Shown: piece after piece, positions 24,315-32,304 of the stretch
How positions within the stretch are numbered: position 1 is the stretch's first letter
Layout of the letters: every line of letters begins with the position of its first letter
Source of the DNA: an uncultured Dehalococcoidales bacterium
GTDB lineage: Bacteria; Chloroflexota; Dehalococcoidia; Dehalococcoidales; UBA2162
Reading direction: 5' to 3'
DNA length: 64,000 nucleotides
Assembly: GCA_964463875.1 (NCBI GenBank)
Contig: CAYXEG010000001.1
Location: 13,714 to 77,713 of the forward strand
Made by a program: the position numbers and the translations under genes
The notes under the pieces: generated by a model
What the model was told of the DNA's origin: nothing
The model's database searches: none
Seen by the model: only the letters and a program-made list of their open reading frames with translations

Positions 24315-26132
24315 GTGACCGAAATGGGAAAAACTGGAGAAGTAATATCGACTGATGTCCTTATTATCGGTGGCGGCGTGGGAGGCCTCGCAGCCGCGAT
24401 AAAAGCAAAAGAAGCGTATCCAGATATCGATGTGCTCATGGTAGACAAGCAGACTATCGGATGGGCAGGGAAAGCAACGAAAATCGGAGGGTTTCTAGCG
24501 TTTCTCGCCAAAGACGGCAACCCTGACAAATTCATCGATTTTCAGGTTAGAAATGCCGGTTACTATATTAACGACCAGAATGCTTTGAAAAAATATGTCA
24601 ATAGTACCTACTCGGCGGTAGAGCTCCTTGCTGAATGGGGAGCAAATGTTGCCAGAACACCTGACGGTAAAGTACTGGCAATCCCCAATTCCTTTGCTCC
24701 TGAGTATTCGATGACGTTTGTCGACATTGATTTGATGCAGCCGATGATGAAAAGAGCAAAGAAACTCGGTGTACGGATGCAGAATAAAACCCACATTGTC
24801 GATCTGCTTGTTAAAGATAACAGGGTAACCGGCGCGGTTGGTTTTGACATAACTGACGGTAGTTTCATGACTTTTAAGTCAAAATCAACTATTATCGCTA
24901 ACGGCAGTTGCGGGTATAAAGTCCGTCGATTCTGGGTTGCCGGCACCGGTGACGGGATTTCTGCCGCCTACCGGGCTGGTGCAGAAATGCGTAACGCGGA
25001 ATACGGCAATCTTTACGGGCATGTGGTGATGAAGGATTTGGATGGCGGCAATGCAGGCACCATGACCCTTGTAAATTCACTCGGAGAAAACATTGCCAAC
25101 AAGTACATGCCCAACATGGGGCCTGCGGGTGTCTTCCTTCCTGTCAAACTGGGAGTCGGACTGGAAATGGAAGTCAACGCAGGACGGGGTCCGATTCGTT
25201 CCCAGCCGTCTCAGGCGGGACCGGGCGGGCCAGGCGGACCGGGAGGACCGGGTGGACCGGGCGGGACGGGTAGACCAGGTGGTGGACCGGGCGGACCGGG
25301 TGGGCCAGGTGGACCTGGCGGACCAGGCGGGCCAGGCGGAGGGGGTAGGCCAAGTGGCGGTGGTGGTTTTGGCCTTCCAAAACTGAACGCATGGAACAAG
25401 ATGATGGGTGAGAAAGCCAGTAAATACGGGCCGTCGGTTCCGAACCAGGAAATCGCTGTCCCGCTGCACGGTGAACTCTCCTGCATTCGTGTCGATGAAA
25501 ATATGAAAACCACTCTCGATGGCTTATGGGCAATCGGAGATACGAGTTACGCCGGTTCAGCTATTGCCGGGGCAGTTGCATCTCCTCCGGGAGTGACTCC
25601 TGGTTCCGGTGTCATGTACGCAGTGATAAGCGGGACATGGGCCGGACCTGAGGCTGCCCGCTTGGCGGCTTCGGTATCGGCTTCAACCGGGAGCGCGGAT
25701 GACATCAATCTGTTAAAGCAACGGATATACGCTCCGATGAGTAACAAAGGAAGCTACTCGCCGTGGGAAGCAATCTCCAGGCTGCAGGATGCTGTCGCAC
25801 CGATGAAGTACAGTCTGCGCCGAAATAAAGAAAGATTAGCGGAAGCTCTGTCAATTGTTCTTTCCGTTAAAGAAAGACTACCGGAACTTGCTGCAAACGA
25901 TTTCCATTACCTGAGTAAATGCCATGAAGTCATCAGTATGACGGCCTGTGCGGAAATCACTTTTACTGCAGCAGCGACAAGAGAAGAAAGCCGGGGGTTC
26001 GCCTATCGTGAGGATTACCCGGAACAGGATGACAAAAACTGGCTGCAGTGGATTATCCTCAGGCAGGGTAAAGGCAAGATAGAAGTTTCGAAAGAACCTG
26101 TACCAATCGAGAAATATAACGTACGACCTTAA
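24315..26132 (+). CDS. FAD flavoprotein of the fumarate reductase / succinate dehydrogenase / APS-reductase alpha superfamily, with 50-aa Gly-Pro insert
   Basis: GTG lies 6 nt after AGGAGG. VLIIGGGVGGLAAA. The C-terminal ESRGFAYREDYPEQDDKNW resembles the ESRGAHxRxDxPxxDDxNW signature but lacks the His. Confidence 0.8.
   Translation: MTEMGKTGEVISTDVLIIGGGVGGLAAAIKAKEAYPDIDVLMVDKQTIGWAGKATKIGGFLAFLAKDGNPDKFIDFQVRNAGYYINDQNALKKYVNSTYSAVELLAEWGANVARTPDGKVLAIPNSFAPEYSMTFVDIDLMQPMMKRAKKLGVRMQNKTHIVDLLVKDNRVTGAVGFDITDGSFMTFKSKSTIIANGSCGYKVRRFWVAGTGDGISAAYRAGAEMRNAEYGNLYGHVVMKDLDGGNAGTMTLVNSLGENIANKYMPNMGPAGVFLPVKLGVGLEMEVNAGRGPIRSQPSQAGPGGPGGPGGPGGPGGTGRPGGGPGGPGGPGGPGGPGGPGGGGRPSGGGGFGLPKLNAWNKMMGEKASKYGPSVPNQEIAVPLHGELSCIRVDENMKTTLDGLWAIGDTSYAGSAIAGAVASPPGVTPGSGVMYAVISGTWAGPEAARLAASVSASTGSADDINLLKQRIYAPMSNKGSYSPWEAISRLQDAVAPMKYSLRRNKERLAEALSIVLSVKERLPELAANDFHYLSKCHEVISMTACAEITFTAAATREESRGFAYREDYPEQDDKNWLQWIILRQGKGKIEVSKEPVPIEKYNVRP
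25218..25367 (+). repeat. Coding low-complexity (Gly-Pro-Gly)n tract inside the flavoprotein gene
   Basis: GPGGPGGPGGPGGPGGTGRPGGGPGGPGGPGGPGGPGGPGGGGRPSGGGG. Codons vary synonymously (gga ccg ggc / ggg cca ggc / gga cct ggc). Confidence 0.95.
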
Positions 26133-26161
26133 CAATACACAAATACTATAACGAGGAAAGC

Positions 26162-27991
26162 ATGAAAAAACTGACTTGGCTACTACTTACATCCGTCATG
26201 GTGGTAACGCTGGTTCTCACATCATGTACTCAGGGAACGAGTGAAACAAAACAACCGACGACAGACACGTCGAGTGATAAACCTGTGGTTACAACGACGA
26301 CTACATCTACCACGACGACAACGACTACAACAACCGGGACAACTGAAGAGAAGGAACCGCAGTATGGCGGAACCATGAATATGATGACGAACATGGACTA
26401 CCAGGGTTTTGACCATGGTATGTATCCGGCAGGATTCCTCAATCACGTATATCTGGCGAATGACACGCTCCTGTCCGGTGACTGGTCGAGAGGCGCTGCC
26501 GGTACCGGGGAAATCGACTGGGCGCTGAGCAGTCAGAAGAGAATTGAATATACCATCGGTGAACTCGCGGAGAGTTTCGAAATCAGAGAACCCGGTACGA
26601 TAGCTTTCACCGTCCGTAGGGGTGTTTACTTCGCACTTAATCCGGACAGTGAAGCCAGCCGACTGGTTAACGGGAGAGAGATGACCGTTGATGACGTACT
26701 CTTTTCTCTGAATCGGCACATCACCTCGCCGATGTCGTATATGCGTATAACCCGACCGACCCTGCATCTGACAACGACTGTTACGCAGGAAGGTGATCGA
26801 ACGGTAGTCGTGACAACCTCGATTGATAACTTTGACGCGCTCTGGTTGTTAATCGGTGAACGTGAAATCTGGCCTAGGGAAGTAATCGAAACATACGGCA
26901 ACGTGACCGACTGGCGTAATATGGTAGGCACTGGTCCCTATGTGTTGACCGACTATGTCCAGGGCAGTGCCGGCGTATTTGAAAAAAATACCAATTACTG
27001 GCAGACTGATCCCGTCGGTACGGGAAAAGGAAACCGGTTACCTTACCTGGATGGTATACGGATGCTGATAATCACTGATGTGTCTACTCAACTGGCAGCG
27101 TTACGCTCCGGTAAAGTGGACCAGTTAAGCAACCTTTCCTATGACAGTTACAGCGACCTGATGAGAACCAGCCCTAATCTCCAGTATCACCAGTTTGTAG
27201 CCGGGCCAAATGCAATATCGATGAGGCAGGACAAAGCCGACTTACCATTCAGCGATGTCCGAGTACGGCAGGCTCTGATGATGGCCATCGACTATGACGA
27301 AATAATAGAGTCTTACTTCAGCGGTCAAGCCGAAAAACTTGCCTGGCCGTTAGCGAATATCAAGGGATACGATAATGCCTATATGCCTCTGGAAGAGATG
27401 CCCGCCTCGGTACAGGAATTATTCTCCTATAACCCGGAAAAAGCAAAACAGTTGATGATAGCGGCAGGGTACCCGGATGGATTCAAAACCAAAATCGCTG
27501 TTCAGTCAACTGATTCGGGTGCGGTTGAGTACCTGTCCATAGTCAAAAATATGTGGGAACAAATCAATGTTGACCTTTCTCTTGATTTACTTGAGACCGG
27601 GACCTTTTTCAATATGACGATGAGTAAACAGTACGACGAATTTCTCTACGGATTTTTCGTGCAGCCCGGACCGTATGCCCAGTTAACACCTTTCGCCGAA
27701 GAGAGCACCTTTAATCGAAGCTGGGTAAACGACACAAGAGCAAAAGAGACTTATGAAGAAATTCTGAAATACAATCTCATCGACCAGGCAAAAGTAGACG
27801 AATTACATAGAGAAATCATGCCATACGTGTTAGAGCAGGCATGGTACATCCCCAGCCCGGGCGCCTATGTTTATAACTTCTGGCAGCCGTGGTTGAAAAA
27901 CTACTATGGCGAAGGCTTGATTGGCTACAAACCAGCCTGGGTTCGTTATGCCTGGATTGACCAGGATTTGAAGCAGAAAAGCTTAAACTAG
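26162..27991 (+). CDS. Family-5 ABC substrate-binding lipoprotein (poly-Thr linker)
   Basis: Signal peptide plus lipobox LTS-C, then a T-rich linker. Close paralogue of 6355..8166. Confidence 0.9.
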   Translation: MKKLTWLLLTSVMVVTLVLTSCTQGTSETKQPTTDTSSDKPVVTTTTTSTTTTTTTTTGTTEEKEPQYGGTMNMMTNMDYQGFDHGMYPAGFLNHVYLANDTLLSGDWSRGAAGTGEIDWALSSQKRIEYTIGELAESFEIREPGTIAFTVRRGVYFALNPDSEASRLVNGREMTVDDVLFSLNRHITSPMSYMRITRPTLHLTTTVTQEGDRTVVVTTSIDNFDALWLLIGEREIWPREVIETYGNVTDWRNMVGTGPYVLTDYVQGSAGVFEKNTNYWQTDPVGTGKGNRLPYLDGIRMLIITDVSTQLAALRSGKVDQLSNLSYDSYSDLMRTSPNLQYHQFVAGPNAISMRQDKADLPFSDVRVRQALMMAIDYDEIIESYFSGQAEKLAWPLANIKGYDNAYMPLEEMPASVQELFSYNPEKAKQLMIAAGYPDGFKTKIAVQSTDSGAVEYLSIVKNMWEQINVDLSLDLLETGTFFNMTMSKQYDEFLYGFFVQPGPYAQLTPFAEESTFNRSWVNDTRAKETYEEILKYNLIDQAKVDELHREIMPYVLEQAWYIPSPGAYVYNFWQPWLKNYYGEGLIGYKPAWVRYAWIDQDLKQKSLN

Positions 27992-28009
27992 TATCAGTAC
28001 CTCCTCAGA

Positions 28010-28056
28010 GCGGTACCCGGTGAAGATTGCGCAGCAGCAAATTCACCGGGTACCGC
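28010..28056 (+). terminator. Perfect 15-bp hairpin after SBP gene
   Basis: GCGGTACCCGGTGAA (28010-28024), 17-nt loop, TTCACCGGGTACCGC (28042-28056). Confidence 0.5.
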
Positions 28057-28118
28057 ATGAGGAAACCGGAAAACGGATAAAGAAATGCTATTAGTTGTAA
28101 TATAGTAAGGATTTTCAT

Positions 28119-30074
28119 ATGAAAGAAGCTATCTGGAACCCCACTCAGGAACGTATACGGGAAGCCAACGTATCCCGGTTTATTACCCTGGTAAACGAGC
28201 GGTTCGGGCTGAAACTGAGCACGTACAACGACCTGCAAAAATGGTCGGTCGCCCATATACCGGAATTCTGGAGCCTGATATGGGAGTTCGGAGAAGTGAA
28301 GGCTTCGGTCCCGTATGAGACAGCGGTGACCGGGTTAAACGATATGCTCGGCGTGACGTGGTTTCCCGGCGCCAGGTTTAATTTCGCGGAAAATCTGCTC
28401 AGGTACCGTGACGAGCGAACGGCGCTCGTTTTCAAGGGCGAGGGCCAGACGAAGGCACGGCGAATCACCTATGCCGAACTTTACGCTCAGGTTTCCCGAT
28501 TGGCAATAGCTCTCGCCCGGGCCGGTGTGGTTACCGGAGACCGGGTGGCCGGATTTCTGCCGAATATGATTGAAACGGTTGTTGCCATGCTGGCGACCAC
28601 CAGTCTTGGCGCGATATGGTCGTCCTGCTCGCCGGATTTCGGGATAAAGGGTATGCTCGACCGTTTCCAGCAGATTGCTCCGAAGGTACTCTTTACTGCC
28701 AATGCCTATGTCTACAACGGAAAAACACACGATTCGCTCGAACGCGTTGCAGCCGCCACGGCTGAAATACCGTCAATCGAGAAAGTAATCGTCATCCCGT
28801 ATACCGAAGCATCCCCGGATGTAAGCAGGCTGCCGGGGGCAGTCCTGTTCAACGATTTCATTGCCGGCATCGAGCTGTCCGAAATATCCTTCGAACAATT
28901 ACCGTTCGACCACCCGATTTACATCGTTTATTCTTCCGGAACAACCGATAAACCGAAGTGCGTTGTACACCGGGCAGGTGGCATCCTCCTTCAGCACTTG
29001 AAGGAACTGATGCTCAATGCCGATTTGAAACGGGAAGATACCATCTTTTACTTCACGACCTGCGGCTGGGTGATGTGGAACTGGCTGGTAAGTTCGTTGA
29101 CTCAGGGGGCAACCCTCGTTCTCTACGACGGCTCGCCGTTTGCCTCGGAAAACACTGTTCTTCTCGAGCTGGTTCAGAACGAAAAAGCCACTATATGGGG
29201 AACCAGCCCGAAGTACCTCTCCACGATAGAGCGGGCCGGTCTCAAGCCGGCGGCCGGTTATGACCTCAGCCATCTGAAAACGATGATATCGACCGGTTCG
29301 CCGCTGATGGAGGAAAATTACCGGTACGTTTACCGGGATATCAAATCGGATGTGTTCCTGAACAACATCTCGGGCGGGACCGAAGCGATTGCCTGTTTCG
29401 GTATCGGCAACCCAATCAGCCCGATATATTGCGAGGAGATGCAGGGTCTCGGCCTGGCCATGGACGTCAGGGTATTCGATGAAAACGGTGATTCGCTCAT
29501 CGAACAGGAAGGCGAACTGGTATGTGCCCGGCCTTTCCCCTCGATGCCGCTGCGTTTCTGGAATGACGAGAACGGGCAGCGATACCGGGAAACCTATTTT
29601 TCGATGTATCCCAACATCTGGAGGCACGGCGATTTTGCGAAGATAACGGAAAACGGCGGGCTGGTTATCAGCGGCCGTTCTGACGCCACCCTGAAACCCG
29701 GTGGGGTCAGGATAGGGACAGCCGAGATTTACCGGCAGGTAGAAACGGTTAGCGAAGTCCAGGACAGCCTTGTTGTCGGGCAGAACTGGGATAACGATGT
29801 CCGTATCATTCTTTTCGTTAAAATGAAGGAAGGAAATGAATTCGGCCAGGGGCTCGTTCAGAAACTGAAAACCGTTATCAGGAATAACGCCTCTCCCCGT
29901 CATGTTCCTGCTATAATAATCCCGGTGGCCGATATTCCCTACACCATCAACGGAAAAAAAGTTGAACTGGCGGTACGAAATATCATACACGGATTACCGG
30001 TCCAGAACCGGGACGCCCTGGCGAACCCGGATTCGCTGGATTTATATAAAAACCTTGAAGAACTCAAGTCATAA
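28119..30074 (+). CDS. Acetoacetyl-CoA synthetase (acetoacetate--CoA ligase)
   Basis: 651 aa. The N-terminus ...WNPTQERIREANVSRFI...LQKWSVAHIPEFWSLIW is typical of AACS. YSSGTTDKPK is the AMP-binding motif. ...GKKVELAVRNI tail. Confidence 0.8.
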   Translation: MKEAIWNPTQERIREANVSRFITLVNERFGLKLSTYNDLQKWSVAHIPEFWSLIWEFGEVKASVPYETAVTGLNDMLGVTWFPGARFNFAENLLRYRDERTALVFKGEGQTKARRITYAELYAQVSRLAIALARAGVVTGDRVAGFLPNMIETVVAMLATTSLGAIWSSCSPDFGIKGMLDRFQQIAPKVLFTANAYVYNGKTHDSLERVAAATAEIPSIEKVIVIPYTEASPDVSRLPGAVLFNDFIAGIELSEISFEQLPFDHPIYIVYSSGTTDKPKCVVHRAGGILLQHLKELMLNADLKREDTIFYFTTCGWVMWNWLVSSLTQGATLVLYDGSPFASENTVLLELVQNEKATIWGTSPKYLSTIERAGLKPAAGYDLSHLKTMISTGSPLMEENYRYVYRDIKSDVFLNNISGGTEAIACFGIGNPISPIYCEEMQGLGLAMDVRVFDENGDSLIEQEGELVCARPFPSMPLRFWNDENGQRYRETYFSMYPNIWRHGDFAKITENGGLVISGRSDATLKPGGVRIGTAEIYRQVETVSEVQDSLVVGQNWDNDVRIILFVKMKEGNEFGQGLVQKLKTVIRNNASPRHVPAIIIPVADIPYTINGKKVELAVRNIIHGLPVQNRDALANPDSLDLYKNLEELKS

Positions 30075-30142
30075 TCATAATGTCGAAATAAAAAAACAGT
30101 ACAGGAAGTGAAACCGAAAATAGTGATAACAAGGAGCAGGAT

Positions 30143-30904
30143 ATGCCGATAGAGTATCTCAGGGAAGACAATATTGCCGTCATCACGATAAACTACCCCG
30201 ACATACTGAACGCGCTCAATCCGAAGACACTCATCGAATTGTCCGGAGCAGTTAGCGATTTTCAGAACGATCCGGCATTGAGAGTGGGTATCATTACCGG
30301 TGCCGGCGGGAAAGCGTTCTGCGCCGGGATGGATGTTAAGTCGGTTGAGCCGGATGGCCTGGGCAACGCGGAAGCTCGCCCGGAGGGCACTCTGGTACGT
30401 GGCCTCGAAATTGGGAAACCGCTTATCGCCGCCGTCAACGGCTACGCTTTGGGGGGAGGTTTCGAAATAGCCCTTGCCTGCGATATCAGAATCGCCTCGG
30501 AGAATGCGATTTTCGGTCTTCCGGAAGTGTCGTTAGGAATAATTCCCGGCTGGGGAGGCACCCAGAGGCTGGCCCGACTCATTCCCTTCGGCAAGGCATT
30601 GGAGATGATATTGACAGGTGCCCGTATTGGTGCCGGGGAAGCACTCGATTTGCACCTGGTAAGCCGGGTTGTTCCTGCAGACAGCCTTATGACAGAAGCC
30701 AGGGAACTTGCCCGGCGGTTAAGCGAATTCTCACCCCTCGCCCTGCAGGCGGTGAAGGATGCGGTATACCGGGGATATGACATGAACCTTGCGGAGGGCT
30801 TGAAGCTTGAAAGCGAATGGTCAGCCAGGACCATGGCATCCGAGAACTTCATCAGGGGCAGAGCTTCTTTTCTCGAAAAGAAAAAACAGGGGAAAAACTC
30901 GTGA
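30143..30904 (+). CDS. Enoyl-CoA hydratase/isomerase (crotonase) family
   Basis: AAVNGYALGGGFEIALACDIRIAS...GIIPGWGGTQRL. Confidence 0.9.
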   Translation: MPIEYLREDNIAVITINYPDILNALNPKTLIELSGAVSDFQNDPALRVGIITGAGGKAFCAGMDVKSVEPDGLGNAEARPEGTLVRGLEIGKPLIAAVNGYALGGGFEIALACDIRIASENAIFGLPEVSLGIIPGWGGTQRLARLIPFGKALEMILTGARIGAGEALDLHLVSRVVPADSLMTEARELARRLSEFSPLALQAVKDAVYRGYDMNLAEGLKLESEWSARTMASENFIRGRASFLEKKKQGKNS

Positions 30905-31032
30905 AACCGGTTTGAATTAATGAATAAAAAAGTGTTAAATATCTCGTAATTTACATCGTACTTTGTTTGTTCGTTTGGTAGGGAGACTACCTGTTCGAAC
31001 CGGTAAAGATTAAGCAGGAGGAGAGTACATTC

Positions 31033-32280
31033 ATGTCAGAAATTAACGATGACGAAAGCATGCTCAGTCCGTATCGTGTTCTCGATATGGCGAACGAGCA
31101 AGGCCTTCTCTGCGGAAAGGTACTGGCTGACCTGGGGGCAGATGTTATCAAGATTGAAAAACCGGGCGGTGATTCCTCCCGGCATATCGGCCCGTACTAC
31201 CATGACGAAATCGATCCCGAGAAAAGCCTTTACTGGTTTTCCTACAACACGAACAAGCGGAGTATCACCCTCGATATAGAGACCGATACCGGGAAAGAAA
31301 TATTCAAAAACCTTGTCAGGACGGCCGATATTGTTGTCGAATCATTTCCTCTCGGTTACATGAAGTCGCTCGGCCTCGATTACCCGGAACTGGAAAAGGT
31401 GAAGCCGGATATTATCGTCGCGTCTATCACTCCCTTCGGTCAGGACGGCCCTTACAGCGGATTCAAAGATTCGGATATTGGCATCTACGCCATGGGCGGA
31501 TACATGTCCACGATTGGTGACGGCGACCGTCCGCCGGTGCGCATCAGCCATCACCCCCAGACCTGGCTGCATGCCGGGGGACAGGCCGCGCAGGGCGCGA
31601 TGCTGGCTTTATACTGGCGGGAAATGACCGGCGAAGGGCAGTATATCGATGTTTCGACCCACGATTCAATCACCCGGTTTACTCCTGAACGGGTAACGAA
31701 CTTCTGGGATTATGGAAAGAAGGTGGCCCGCCGGGGAACACGGCGAGCTGTTCTCGGACGAATATGGGAATGCAAAGACGGCCATGTCTATGCAATTTAC
31801 TGGGGAGGAGAAGCTGGAAAACGCTGGAATATTCCCCTTATCAAGTGGATGGACAGCGAAGGAATGGCCACCGATTTCCTGAAGAATTTTGATTGGGATA
31901 CGTTTGACATGATTCACAATCCGGAAGAAACCCTGATAAAGATTGCCGAACCGACCAGCGAATTCTTCCGTGCCCACACCAAGGCGGAACTGCTTGAGGG
32001 CGCCCTCGAGTATAACGTCCAGGTTTACCCGATTAACTCGGCTGTCGAGATTGCGAATAACGTCCAGTTGAAAGCCAGGGACTTCTGGGTGACGCTGGAG
32101 CACCCGGAACTGGGTACGTCGATTCGTTATCCGGGAGCGTTCGCAAAAACTACCGCCGTACCGCCCCGGGTGACTCGCCGGGCGCCGTTCATCGGCGAAC
32201 ACAACCATGAAATTTATCTCGGAGAAATGGGGCTTTCCGAGGAAAGGCTCCGGGAATTGAGCGAAAAAGGGATTATTTAA
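31033..32280 (+). CDS. Family III CoA-transferase
   Basis: YRVLDMANEQGLLCGKVLADLGADVIKIEKPGGD and EHPELGTSIRYPGAFAK. Confidence 0.85.
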   Translation: MSEINDDESMLSPYRVLDMANEQGLLCGKVLADLGADVIKIEKPGGDSSRHIGPYYHDEIDPEKSLYWFSYNTNKRSITLDIETDTGKEIFKNLVRTADIVVESFPLGYMKSLGLDYPELEKVKPDIIVASITPFGQDGPYSGFKDSDIGIYAMGGYMSTIGDGDRPPVRISHHPQTWLHAGGQAAQGAMLALYWREMTGEGQYIDVSTHDSITRFTPERVTNFWDYGKKVARRGTRRAVLGRIWECKDGHVYAIYWGGEAGKRWNIPLIKWMDSEGMATDFLKNFDWDTFDMIHNPEETLIKIAEPTSEFFRAHTKAELLEGALEYNVQVYPINSAVEIANNVQLKARDFWVTLEHPELGTSIRYPGAFAKTTAVPPRVTRRAPFIGEHNHEIYLGEMGLSEERLRELSEKGII

Positions 32281-32304
32281 CCGGTGAATACAGGGAGAGA
32301 GACT

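Noticed and set aside
24261-24317. The ferredoxin (24021) and flavoprotein (24315) ORFs are in the same frame, so recoding or fusion was considered. The same holds for 31033/32284, 33878/35105 and 49070/49886.
   Set aside because: They are separated by TAA or TAG (not TGA), sometimes with additional in-frame stops. The downstream genes have their own strong SDs.
25211-25513. Minus-strand ORF encoding PPGPPGPPGPPG..., which looks like a collagen- or proline-rich protein.
   Set aside because: It is the reverse-complement reading of the (GGP)n tract inside the flavoprotein gene. It has no independent start or SD, and the flanks are junk-like.
28113-28124. Perfect palindrome TTTCATATGAAA spanning the start codon of the acetoacetyl-CoA synthetase gene, as a possible fourth copy of the ATCATAT operator.
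   Set aside because: Only the central TCATATGA resembles the half-site. The flanking bases differ and no near-consensus promoter accompanies it.
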